From Heptranchias perlo (lineage: Eukaryota): a DNA stretch of 64,000 bases. Made by a program: the position numbers and the translations under genes. Location of the stretch: positions 18,910,001-18,974,000 of the forward strand of contig NC_090342.1 in NCBI RefSeq assembly GCF_035084215.1, written 5' to 3'. How positions within the stretch are numbered: position 1 is the stretch's first letter; the number at the start of each line of letters is the position of its first letter. Shown one piece after another: positions 12,901 through 24,280 of the stretch. The notes under the pieces were generated by a model that searched no databases, was not told the DNA's origin, and saw only the letters and a program-made list of their open reading frames with translations.

Positions 12901-13447
12901 ACAGACCCCCAGACTTGGCATGAGGAAACCCACCAGTGTGGAGAGCTTTGGGTCCCATAGGTCCAAAGTCACCTGCTCCTCCCAACCATTCACCTCCTTA
13001 GTAACTCACCCAAAAAACCATTTTCACCCGTGAGCGTTGACAACGAATGTTTGCAGACTATTTCATTGGTCACCCCAGTTGAGTCCAATCCTACCCCCAC
13101 ACTTATTAGCACTGTTCCACCAGATAGCAGCCAGGAGCAAGAAACTTGGATAATTTTGTTTCCCACCGCTCCCCCCCCCCCCCCCTTCTCTTTAGCATGG
13201 GGGCCCCTTTGCTGGTTTAGCTAAAATAACCTAACTTACACAGACAAGAGCACCTGAACATTCCTGGTCTTTATAGCTCGGATTCTTAAAGGGCAGGGAA
13301 GCTACCTACTATGTCATCACAGGACCTTCTATGTAACACACAGACAGATGCATTGAGAGGATATGAATTAGTTTTACAGAGCATAATTAAAGTGAGTTGT
13401 AGGTAGGTTTCTCCCAAAACTAGCTTTTGACTGGGTAGTTTGGCTTT

Positions 13448-14540
13448 TACATAAGAACATAAGAACATAAGAAATTGGAGCAGGAGTAGGCCAATCGGCC
13501 CCTCGAGCCTGCTCCGCCATTCAATAAGATCATGGCTGATCTGATCCCAACCACAAATCTAAAGAACACAAGAAGTCGGAGCAGGACCCGGCCACATAGC
13601 CCCTGGGCCCTCTCCGCCACCCACAGGGCATTGACCGATCCGAACTCAGCTTCATGTCCAATTTCCTGCCCGCTCCCCATAACCCCTAATTCCCTTTACT
13701 TCTAGGAAACTGTCTATTTCTGTTTTAAATTTATCTAATGATGTAGCTTCCACAGCTTCCTGGGGCAGCAAATTCCACAGACCGACCACCCTCTGAGTGA
13801 AGAAGTTTCTCCTCATCTCAGTTTTGAAAGAGCAGCCCCTTATTCTAAGATTATGCCCCCTAGTTCTAGTTTCACCCATCTTTGGGAACATCCTTACTGC
13901 ATCCACCCGATCAAGACCCTTCACAATCTTATATGTTTCAATAAGATCGCCTCTCATTCTTCTGAACTCCAATGAGTAGAGTCCCAATCTACTCAACCTC
14001 TCCTCATATGTCCGCCCCCTCATCCCCGGAATTAACCGAGTGAACCTTCTTTGTACTGCCTCGAGAGCAAGTATGTCTTTTCTTAAGTATGGAGACCAAA
14101 ACTGTATGCAGTATTCCAGGTGCGGTCTCACCAATACCTTATATAACTGCAGCAATACCTCCTTGTTTTTATATTCTATCCCCCTAGCAATAAAAGCCAA
14201 CATTCCGTTGGCTTTCTTGATCACCTGCTGCACCTGCATACCAACTTTTTGATTTTCTTGCACTAGGACCCCCAGATCCCTTTGTACTGCAGTACTTTCC
14301 AGTCTCTCGCCATTAAGAAAATAACTTGCTCTCTGATTTTTCCTGCCAAAGTGCATAACCTCACATTTTCCAATATTATATTGCATCTGCCAAATCTCCG
14401 CCCACTCACCCAGCCTGTCTATATCCCCTTGCAGGTTTTTTATGTCCTCCTCACTCTCTACTTTCCCTCCCATCTTTGTATCATCTGCAAATTTTGATAT
14501 GTTGCACTCGGTCCCCTCCTCCAAATCGTTAATATAGATT
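13448..14540 (-). mobile_element. Young 5'-truncated CR1 with an open 290-aa ORF2 C-terminus
   Basis: ORF 13652-14524 (KFADDTK...RPHLEYC...RRNFFTQRVV); (TTCTTATG)n tail at 13448-13470; gttaatatagat triplication at the 5' junction. Confidence 0.92.
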
Positions 14541-15207
14541 GTTAATATAGATTGTTAATATAGATCTATTGTTGAAAAAATGGACATCAAAAGTCTGGTT
14601 TTCAAACTAAAAGTATGCATTCCCCATACTCTATGGAGTAAGTTTCCATCCGCTTGCATAGCCTTGATTGCCAGATGTGCATATTGTGAATTTGGGGTGT
14701 GACGATGAATTTGTGTTTCCTGCTACTTAAAACATAGATAATTTTATAAAATTAAAAGCATTTTTTAAGGTCACGTTGAAGCATGCTTCCCTCATTTTAC
14801 CCTTCACTTATTTACTTGATGCTTTTTATTTTGCTGCTTGTTCTCCCAGTCCATCCACATTCTGTTCAAACTGCAGAGATGGACTGTATAACCCACAGCA
14901 ACTGCCACTTAGAATACCAAATTGTTGGTTGCACAAAAAAGTACTACTTAAAAATATTAGCAATTAATCTTTTGTTCCTATTAATTTTTGTGTGGGTACC
15001 ATGAGTTAATTATGAAATTGTGAAATTATGTGTTGCTATGATGTGCTCCCATGTTTCTAATTACCTTTTGGGAAACAGTAAGATGTCACATTCATTTTAT
15101 AAATGGTTACATGATGACCTATTCAAAGTGAGTATAAATCCAATATTGCTATCGATTTGATGCTTGAGTCTAGTTTTTGATAAGGTTCTAATATTGTTCA
15201 CTTACAG

Positions 15208-15442
15208 GGCAAGGTTTTGCTTTCCAGCGAAAGGAAAAGATTAAGCATGAGTACAAGAAATTGCTGAGAAAAGAAAAGAAAGCTCAACATCCTCCAGAAG
15301 TACATCATACCGAGGATTACCCAGATCATTTGCGCCACCTGTATCTGGCTGAAGAAGAACTGCTTAAGAAACAATCAAAGAAAGCTAAAGATAACCGAAT
15401 TTTAACAGATCAACCAGATTCTCAAGCAGGAGGGACAAAAAA
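15208..15442 (+). CDS. CCDC59: CCDC59 coding exon 2
   Basis: Acceptor cacttacag; [25 protein letters not shown]...[14 protein letters not shown]; donor aa|gtagga, phase 2. Confidence 0.92.
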
Positions 15443-15929
15443 GTAGGAGATTTTGAACATTCTTTCAAAAATTGTGAAATTAATTTGAAAAGAAAGAAGG
15501 GACTTATTTTTATATCGAGTCTTTCACAACCTCAGGGTGTCCCAAAGCATTTCACAACCAGTTAAATACTTTTGAAGTGTAGTCACCGTTGTAATGTAGG
15601 AATAGTTTGTTTGATTGTTAGTTTAACCACTAGCATCTAAAAATTGGCTGTTAGTGGTTAGTAGTAACATATCATGGTGTTCACGTATTACTTCGCACAG
15701 TGAGTTAAACATGCCTGGAAGTTCCCATCCCAAGTACAGAATATGGTATTTGCCCAAATTGAAAGACATCTGCTACAAATGGGCCCATTCCACCAATCTA
15801 TCTAAAGCAAAGGCTGATTCATTAATTCGATCTAAATGACTTAACCTGTATACATTTTTGTGTCATCTGCAAATTTATAAATAGTTCTTCGACCACATAA
15901 GTTAGGACACTGAATATTTTCCATTTTGG

Positions 15930-16680
15930 GAGTCTGGAGGAGGACTTAGATAAATTAGTCAAGCATCAGGTATGTGTCAAATACAGTTCAATATAAATAA
16001 ATGTAAAGTACTTTTGGAAAAAAGAACAGAGACTGAAAATAGAACCCAAATATTAAAATTTGCTGGAGCTGAGGAACCGAAAGATCTGGGGCAACTGCTA
16101 AGATTTTTAAAAAGAAGATAGTATATAGAGAAAAACATAAAAAGGGCAAATGGAATTCTGGATTTTATTTATAGAGACACTGAATACAGAAGCAATGAGG
16201 TGATGAAGAATCTGTGCAATGTTATTGGAGTACTGTGTGCAGTTCTAGGCACCCTCTTACAGAAAGCACATTAAAGCCATGGAAAAGATGCAACATGAAC
16301 TCACTAGAAAGGTACCATGGATGACAGGATCTAATGAGAGGCTTGAGAAGCTGTATTCACTAGAACAGAAATGGTTAAGGGAGATCTATTAGAAGTTTTC
16401 AGAATTTTGAAAGGGTTTCAGAGGGTAAATAGTAAAAGAACTTTTGGTGAATAGATAACTAGTGGCATAAACTTAAGATTAGTATTAGAATCATAAAGGA
16501 AAGGATTTTTTCATGCAAGAGTTATTAGATTATGGCTATTTGAAGCTAAATCACTCCCAACATTTAAAATGCAATAAGATAAACACTTATGGAGAAAACA
16601 GATGAGATTAGAATAGATAACTGATGTGGAGCTAGCAGAATGGGACAGATGGCATCCATCTGCTGAAATTTCCATGATTC
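15930..16680 (+). mobile_element. Old, highly decayed CR1 3' fragment
   Basis: ttggagtactgtgtgcagttct and ttaagggagatctattagaagtttt segments align with the CR1 ORF2 C-terminus. Confidence 0.65.
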
Positions 16681-16856
16681 TGTAATTGAGCTGTGGCTCT
16701 GTGTGTCAAAGCTGTGAAATTGCAGTGTTGACTTCAATCACATCATTATAAATGAGTACGTTCTGGAAGATAAATCTGCTGTGATGCCTCGCTGCTGAAG
16801 ATACTTACCAAAACGCAAATGATATCCTGTGCATTCATTGCATTTTATGATTTTAG

Positions 16857-16935
16857 GAAAAAGAATAAGTCATCATATCAAAAAACTAAAGAGGAATATG
16901 AAAAAATACAGGCAGAGCATATAAAGCAGAAAGAG
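16857..16935 (+). CDS. CCDC59: CCDC59 coding exon 3
   Basis: Acceptor gattttag; KKKNKSSYQKTKEEYEKIQAEHIKQKE; donor gag|gtaagt, phase 0. Confidence 0.9.
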
Positions 16936-17196
16936 GTAAGTTTCCTGCAGTATGTTTTTGGAATTGAAATGTGATTCTATGAGATCTATTAGATTATTTC
17001 TAATGGCATATATTGTAGTTTTAGAAATGCAAATTGTATACAAGAGTACATACTTCAAGATTTTAATGTGTGGCGTCAATGACAAACTTTCATTGCTATA
17101 AACAGCAAGGATTTAGTGAAATAATTAAATGATAATTAGAAATGGAATTTGAATGTTCTGAATTAACCAGCAATATTTTTATTTGCAGTTCAAATA

Positions 17197-17910
17197 TATA
17201 AGAACATAAGAAATAGGAGTAGGCCATATGGCCCCTCAAGCCTGCTCCGCCATTCAATAAGATCGTGCCTGATCTTCTACCTCGACTCCAGTTTTCCTGC
17301 CCTATCCCCAAATTCCCCTAGTATCCACAATGTACGGACTTAAAGTTCTGGTGCTGAAAAATGATTTTGTACATTCTGATTGCAAAAATGAATCTATTAA
17401 TGTCTGCTGAAAGAAAGTAGTCAATACCGTAACTAATGTAGTCAACAAAATATTTTCTTTATGTATAAATGTGGCCCTGCATTGTAGTCTGGCAAATCTC
17501 CTTTGCACCCTTTCCAAGGCCTTGACATCCTTTCTAAAGGGTGGTGCCCAGAATTGGACACAATACTCCAGCTGAGCCTTAAACAGTGATTTATAAAGGT
17601 TTAGCATAACTTCCTTACTTTTGTACTCTATGCCTTTATTTATAAAGCTAAGGATCCCATATGCTTTTTTAACAGTCTTATCAACTTGTCGTGTCTCCTC
17701 CAAAGATTTGAAGACCACCCCCCCTCAGATCTCTCTCTTCCTAAACCCTCTTCAGAATGGTACCATTTAGTTTATATTGCCTCTCCTCATTCTTCTATCT
17801 AAAACGCATCACTTCACACTTCTGTGCATTAAATTTCATTTATGCCCATTTCACCAGTCAGTCCATGTCCTCCTGAAGTCTGTTACTATCCTCCTCACTG
17901 TTTACTACTT
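17197..17910 (-). mobile_element. CR1 fragments (tail 17197-17315; ORF2 piece 17487-17910)
   Basis: IEYKSKEVMLNLYKSL..QLEYCVQFWAP; ataagaacataagaa tail. Confidence 0.8.
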
Positions 17911-18737
17911 TTCATAACATTTTGTTGTTGCCCATATCTACAACTACTTAATACCATTTCTACCCCCTTGTCCCATCTAATCATCTACTCCTATGAGGTG
18001 CTCCCCAAATAAAATGAGGTTAAGTGGTGCGTGGCTGAGATGGTCCCTTGGAGCCTGTGCCAAAGAATCCAGCTGGCAGCTTTCTATTGCAATGGCAAGG
18101 GGTGGCAAGTCCATGCCTGAAGCTCCCTCATGTAGGCATTGGAGGGGACCTTAAGGCAGAAAGCCCAGTGCAACACTCCATACTGCAATGATGACAGATG
18201 GATTCCCTGCCTCTTCTTCCTTCCTCCTCCCCCTAACCAAGTTCTATGTAGATTAAGGCAGAATAGAAATTAGCTCACACTGAGAAAATAACATACTTAT
18301 TCAGGTTGAACCTGGAGAAGCTCTCAAATTCAATTCCCATTATTGCCCTACTGCCAATGGCTGTCTGACACACTGACGACATCTGCCATATAACTCAGAT
18401 TGATCTGTGCCAACTCACCTGTGCCTGGAAGTTCATAAAACTATAGTAACACAGGTAAAAAGATCCAGTGTACATCAACATTGCTACAACAGGTCGCCAT
18501 AACTGATATCACTGCCCAGAAATGGCCATCAGTAAACTATTATTTAAGACTCACTCTCCATCACTGTGAATTATGCCCATATGCTGTGCCAATGAAGTGT
18601 GAGTGTGTTGTATCTGAGAGTAATTGCAAAGGATTATCAGAAATTTCTTTAATCCCATTGAATTAATAATTAATGTTCCAGAGTTTATCTATTCTAAGTG
18701 TACTTATTAACTTCTTTCTAATTTTTTTTTTAAAAAG

Positions 18738-18908
18738 GCGGCTGAGAAAAGTCAACGAGAAAAAGAAGAGGCTCAGAGGAAATACAAGGAGCAAAAACTA
18801 GAGAAGTACAGAATACTCAGCAAAAAAACAAAAAAAGGACAACCAAACCTGAATATACAGATTGAATACCTGCTTAAGAAAATACAAGAGAGTCAGGGCA
18901 CTAAATGA
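18738..18908 (+). CDS. CCDC59: CCDC59 coding exon 4 (terminal)
   Basis: [56 protein letters not shown]-stop carries the conserved [18 protein letters not shown] motif; the spliced CDS totals 642 nt (213 aa). Confidence 0.93.
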   Translation, partial: AAEKSQREKEEAQRKYKEQKLEKYRILSKKTKKGQPNLNIQIEYLLKKIQESQGTK

Positions 18909-20861
18909 GATCACATACAACCGATCTCATCATTGGCACTATTTTGATCTCTTGTGTATCTCATTTTGTTAGTGCCTAAAAATTCTCATTTAATTGCCAT
19001 TGGTCCCTGAACTTGAGTAACTGTAATATTGCATACAGCTTGACTCCTGATACTCCTAGAAAAATTGTTCACTTTTAAGGATCAGTGTAGATGCAGATCC
19101 CAGGTGGTCGGTGTAATTGGTCCAGTGCAAACAAGGTGCAAATCGAACATGACAAAAGTACACCTGGAAAAATACGTTGTCCATTTGTAGTCTTGAAATA
19201 TAACTCGCTCTGCTCATCAAAATAGCCTGCTTGAACTTTGAAATGTACAGAATATGACATTTTGTGTTTGTAAGTTTTGAAGTATTCACTTTAAATATTT
19301 AACCTAAAGGAGCGATGATTTCTCTAGCCCTTTTGAGGCCTTGCTCAAGGAGTCTTTTCCTATGGAAAGTATTATTGATTTTGTTTTTAAAAATGACCAG
19401 TGGGTGTGGGGAATTCTCTTTAGTTATCCGATATTAAACTATTTGAGATATGATACAAATTTTGTTAATCTTTCTTGTGTTTGTCAAGTTGAATTATGTC
19501 AATGTTGGCATAGTGCATTTGAAAGTCAGCTTTACCATGGCTAGATGCAGAGTGCGGTTCCCTTTGCTGTACCCAAAAGTGTAATTTAGCCCCAACCTCA
19601 GAGCATCCCCCTAGTGCACTAGTCTGAATTTTCCCATTTCCCATCCTTGCAACTCTGCTGATTGAGATTGCCAATTTGAACTGAACTGTAGCCAGTTCTT
19701 TTGCTGTGGGTTAGTGTCTACTAAGAACTGAATAAGACCATTCAAACTCATCTTGTATAGAACCCTTACAGCCCCAAAAGACTTCCATTCCATCCATCTG
19801 GACTGGATTTTGATCTAGGTTTGAGTTGAAAGGGCAGTTTGCTAACTTGTGAAACCTCAGGATACCACCTAGTCTCTTTTGCTGTTTAACATGAAGACCA
19901 TTGCCCCTCCAGGCTCAGATTCTGTCCTCCATGACCCATCACTTTTTTTAATGATACAGAGCAAGAGTTGTTGATACAAAATGCAGGTTTCAAATCATTA
20001 AGATTTGTATCAGTGTCTATACTCAAAAGCCTTAAGTCTGCATGTCCTGTTTAGTAACCTATTGGGATCAAATGTTTGTTTTAACCTAGGCTAGAAATCC
20101 AGACACTATTTTTGATTTAATTTAGGATTTTTTGTGCCCATAAACATAAGTGATATCAATGATTGACAATGAAACACATTTCCACTTTTTGTACCCATTG
20201 TCAGCATCAAACATTAGGAAACTTTCCTTTGTTTCTATCCTAACTTAATGCCAAATGCACTAGAGTACCTGTGTGACATTTCCATCTCCTGTACCAATCT
20301 TTCTTATTTTTCTGAACAAAAATACTGGTTGTTGTCAGTTTTGTGCTGTGGACTTGCATTCATTGGAAAAGCGTTGGAACTTTAAAATACATTTTGCTTT
20401 GGACTAGTTCAGCCAACAAACGTGCAAGTCATTAAAATTTAAGTGGGCTCTACCCACAATTTTCCAATTGTTCAAATTAATGCTTTGCATTGCTAGCAGC
20501 TTTCACAAGGAAAGTTTTGTTTCAACTTAAGAAAATGCACTAACATTTGTAAGAGCCCATTGATCCTATACTCTCGGCAAAGATGTTGGAATGCACACAA
20601 TCAACCAGAATATGTTCTGGTTCAATGCCAAATGGAAAGCCCAGACTCTTAAGATTGACTTGAACATGATATCTTTGACATGTAAAAATGTATCGAACCA
20701 GGGAGGGGTTTTGCCGAAAATATATATTCCTTGGCAGTGCACAGTGTGTTTAACGTTGCCCGAACAAGAAGTTAAAACACCTCGCCTGCTGACATTTTGG
20801 CATTCAAAATTTCAGTGCAGCATGCACATTGCTGCTAAAAGCTACTAACACACATTCTTGA

Positions 20862-21540
20862 AAGAAAGGACTTGTATTTATACAGCATCTTTCATAACAT
20901 CATGATGTTCCAAAACACTTCAAGAAGTGCAGTCACTGTTGTAATATAGGGAAACACAGCAGTGAATTTGCACACACTACAGCCTAGATCCTGTGCTCAA
21001 GTCCCTGAGTGGGAATTGAGCACAAAAACTTCTGATGCAGAGACAAATGCTACCATTGAACTAAGTCCTTAGAACTTTCTCCGTTAGAGACTTGAACACA
21101 CAAACAGCAATGAAATAAATTACATAGAATTTACAGCACAGAAACAGGCCATTCAGCCCAACTGGTCTATGCTAGTGTTTATGCTCTGCACAAGCCTCCT
21201 CCCACTACTTCATCTAACCCTATCAGCATATTCTTCTATTCCTTTCTCCCACATGTGCTTATCTAGCTTCCCCTTAAATGACCAGATAATCTGTTAAGTG
21301 ATGTTGTTTGAGGGATAAATGTTCAGGAGAACTCCCCTGCTCTTCAAAACGTGCCAGGGCATCTTTTATGTCCACCTGAGAGGACAGATAGGGCCTCGGT
21401 TTAACATCTCAGCAGAAAGACGGCACTTCTGACAATGCACCACTCAGTATTCCAACGAAGTGTCAGCCTAAATTACGTGTTCAAGTCTCGAGTGGAGCTT
21501 GAACTCAACTGTTGACCTAGAGGTAAGGGTGCTATCACTA
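20862..21540 (-). mobile_element. Deu-domain SINE interrupted by an inverted insert (20981-21089) and a CR1 tail (21122-21280)
   Basis: Reverse-complement similarity to 10473-10929 resumes on both sides of each insertion. Confidence 0.7.
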
Positions 21541-22002
21541 TCATTGTAATTTGCTTTTTGAATTACAATTTAAAAACATTTACAACACTGATTAGACCTG
21601 ACTCCCCAGAGCCTTTCCACCATCTACAAGGCACAAGTCAGGAGTGTGATGGAATACTCTCCACTTGCCTGGATGAGTGCAGCTCCAACAACACTCAAGA
21701 AGCTCAACACCATCCAGGACAAAGCAGCCCGCTTGATTGGCACACCATCCACCACCCTAAACATTCACTCCCCTCACCACTGGTGCACAGTGGCTGTAGT
21801 GTGTATTGCAGCAACTCGCCAAGGCTTCAACAGCACCTCCCAAACCCGTGACCTCTACCACCTAGAAGGACAAGAGCAGCAGGCACATGGGAACAACACC
21901 ACCTGCACGTTCCCCACCAAGTCACACACCATCCTGACTTGGAAATATATTGTAAACAATTTTACAACACCAAGTTATAGTCCAACGATTTTATTTTTAA
22001 TC

Positions 22003-22039
22003 CCACAAGCTTTCGGGGGCTTTCCCCTTCCTCAGGCGG
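22003..22039 (-). ncRNA. Minimal hammerhead ribozyme motif (inverted pLTR copy)
   Basis: Exact reverse complement of 22951-22987. Confidence 0.65.
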
Positions 22040-22194
22040 TGTGGAAGTGACAATTTCGAATCCTTCGCATTTTAAGATCACATAACAAAGCCTGGTGATT
22101 ACTGCCCGTTGCCAAGGCAATCACAGTGAGCAGACAGAAAGGTGTCATCTAAAAGGCCACTGAATATACAACCCCCCAAAAAAAAAACCTCGCT

Positions 22195-22734
22195 ATGGCC
22201 ATCCCCACACCTCCACTACTCGCCTTTAAACAGCCACCCAACCTCAAACAAACCATCGTTCGCAGCAAATTACCCAGCCTTCAGGAGAACAGCGTCCACG
22301 ACACCACACAACCCTGCCACGGTAACCTCTGCAAGACATGCCAGATCATCGACACAGATACCACCATCACACGAGAGGACACCACCCACCAGGTGCACGG
22401 TTCATACTCCTGTGACTCGGCCAACGTTGTCTACCTCATACGTTGCAGGAAAGGATGCCCCAGAGCATGGTACATTGGCGAGACCATGCAGACGCTGCGA
22501 CAACGGATGAACGGACACCGCGCAACAATCGCCAAACAGGAGGGTTCTCTCCCTGTCGGGGAACACTTCAGCAGTCATGGACATTCAGCCACCGACCTTC
22601 GGGTAAACATACTCCAAGGCGGCCTTCGAGACACACGACAACGCAAAATCGTCGAGCAGAAATTAATAGCCAAGTTCCGCACCCATGAGGACGGCCTCAA
22701 CCGGGATCTTGGGTTCATGTCACACTACACGTAA
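22195..22734 (+). CDS. Penelope-like GIY-YIG endonuclease domain (C-terminal fragment; RT missing)
   Basis: PLLAFKQPPNLKQ, Cys cluster CHGNLCKTC, NVVYLIRC...WYIGET...LRQRMNGH, EHF, E..LI..F....DGLN. Confidence 0.88.
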   Translation: MAIPTPPLLAFKQPPNLKQTIVRSKLPSLQENSVHDTTQPCHGNLCKTCQIIDTDTTITREDTTHQVHGSYSCDSANVVYLIRCRKGCPRAWYIGETMQTLRQRMNGHRATIAKQEGSLPVGEHFSSHGHSATDLRVNILQGGLRDTRQRKIVEQKLIAKFRTHEDGLNRDLGFMSHYT

Positions 22735-22950
22735 CCCCACCAGCGAACAAATGTTATCTGTTTTTAATATCACGGGTCATTGACTGTCTTCGTTCTGTCT
22801 CTCTTTTTTTGGGGGGGGTTGTATATTCAGTGGCCTTTTAGATGACACCTTTCTGTCTGCTCACTGTGATTGCCTTGGCAACGGGCAGTAATCACCAGGC
22901 TTTGTTATGTGATCTTAAAATGCGAAGGATTCGAAATTGTCACTTCCACA

Positions 22951-22987
22951 CCGCCTGAGGAAGGGGAAAGCCCCCGAAAGCTTGTGG
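22951..22987 (+). ncRNA. Minimal type I hammerhead ribozyme motif in the Penelope 3' pLTR
   Basis: ccgc CUGAGGA a gggg-aaagc-cccc GAAA gcuu gugg; stems I and II covary with the copy at 6754-6794. Confidence 0.7.
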
Positions 22988-23343
22988 GATTAAAAATAAA
23001 ATCGTTGGACTATAACTTGGTGTTGTAAAATTGTTTACAATTGTTAACCCCAGTCCATCACCGGCATCTCCACATCATGGAAATATATTGCCGTTCCTTC
23101 ATCGTTGCTGGATCAAAATCCTGGAACTCCCTTCCTAACAGCACTGTGGGAGAACCTTCACCACACAGACTGCAGCGGTTCAAGAAGGCGGCTCACCACC
23201 ACCTTCTCAAGGGCAATTAGGGATGGGCAATAAATGCTGGCCTTGCCAGCGACGCCCACATCCTATGAACAAATAAAAAAAATACATAAACATTCCAACA
23301 ACTTACTCTTTTTTAGAGCTCTAACTGAGGAAGTTCTAAGGAC

Positions 23344-23797
23344 TTAGTTCAGTGGTAGCATTTGTCTCTGAATCAGAATTTGCTGTGCTCAATTCCCACT
23401 CCAGGGACTTGAGCACAGAGATCTAGGCTAGTCCTTCAGTACAGTACTGAAGGAATGCTGCACTATCTGAGGTGCCACCTTTCACATAAGACATTAAACC
23501 GAGTTCCTGGCTGCCTATTTAGGTGGTCAAGAAAGATTCCATGGCATTATTTGAAAGTGAAGAGGAGAGTTCTGGTGTGCTGCCCAACATTCATCTCTCA
23601 AACAACACCACTAAAACAGATCATCTGGTCATTTATCTCATTGCTGTTTGTGAGACCTTATTTTGCACAATTGGCTGTCCTGTTTGATTATAAAACAACA
23701 GTGACTATACTTGAAAAAATAATTCTTCAGCTATGAAGCAGATTGGGATGTCTTGAGGATGTGAAAGATGCTTTTATAAATACAAGTTAATTCTTTA
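23344..23797 (+). mobile_element. Deu-domain SINE copy
   Basis: Colinear with 10473-10929. Confidence 0.7.
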
Positions 23798-23859
23798 TAT
23801 TTAAATGTGGAATGAAATCTAGTTCATGCCTAAATAAATTGCTCCCTCCGCTCGGCTCG

Positions 23860-24280
23860 GCTGAGAGGAGCCGAGCCGAGCGGAGGGAGCGTCCGATAAA
23901 AGGCGGGATTTCAGAGCGCTGAGTACAGCTGAGAGGAGTCGAGCCGAGCGGAGGGAGCGTCCGATAAAAGGCGGGATTTCAGAGCGCTGAGAGGAGCCGA
24001 GCCGAGCGGAGCGGAGGGAGCGTCCGATAAAAGGCGGGATTTCAGAGCACTGAGGACAGCTGAGAGGAGCCGAGCGGAGCGGAGGGAGCGTCCGATAAAA
24101 GGCGGGATTTCAGAGCGCTGAGAACAGCTGAGAGGAGCCGAGCGGAGCGGAGGGAGCGTCCGATAAAAGGCGGGATTTCAGAGCGCTGAGAACAGCTGAG
24201 AGGAGCCGAGCCGAGCGGAGGGAGCGTCCGATAAAAGGCGGGATTTCAGAGCGCTGAGAGGAGCCGAGCCGAGCGGAGCT
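23860..24280 (+). repeat. Tandem array of six ~68-bp GC-rich monomers in the CR1 5' UTR
   Basis: Core gtccgataaaaggcgggatttcagagc at 23891, 23959, 24022, 24090, 24158 and 24226. Confidence 0.95.

Larger units (their letters stand above)
21953..23078 (+). mobile_element. 5'-truncated Penelope-like retroelement with an inverted 5' pseudo-LTR
   Basis: ~235-bp near-perfect inverted repeat (21951-22187 vs ~22804-23040) around a GIY-YIG ORF; target duplication GGAAATATATTG at 21941-21952 and 23079-23090. Confidence 0.9.
21597..23283 (+). mobile_element. 3' fragment of a second LINE family (CR1/Jockey group), interrupted by the Penelope-like element
   Basis: STIYKAQVRSVMEYSPLAW...KLNTIQDKAARLIG; resumes after 23078; AATAAA and A-rich tail at 23229-23283; antisense relative at ~50210-50545. 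Confidence 0.75.

Noticed and set aside
23860-24280. CRISPR-like regularly spaced repeats
   Set aside because: The intervening sequences are themselves near-identical (no unique spacers), there are no cas genes, and the array is the 5' UTR of a eukaryotic LINE
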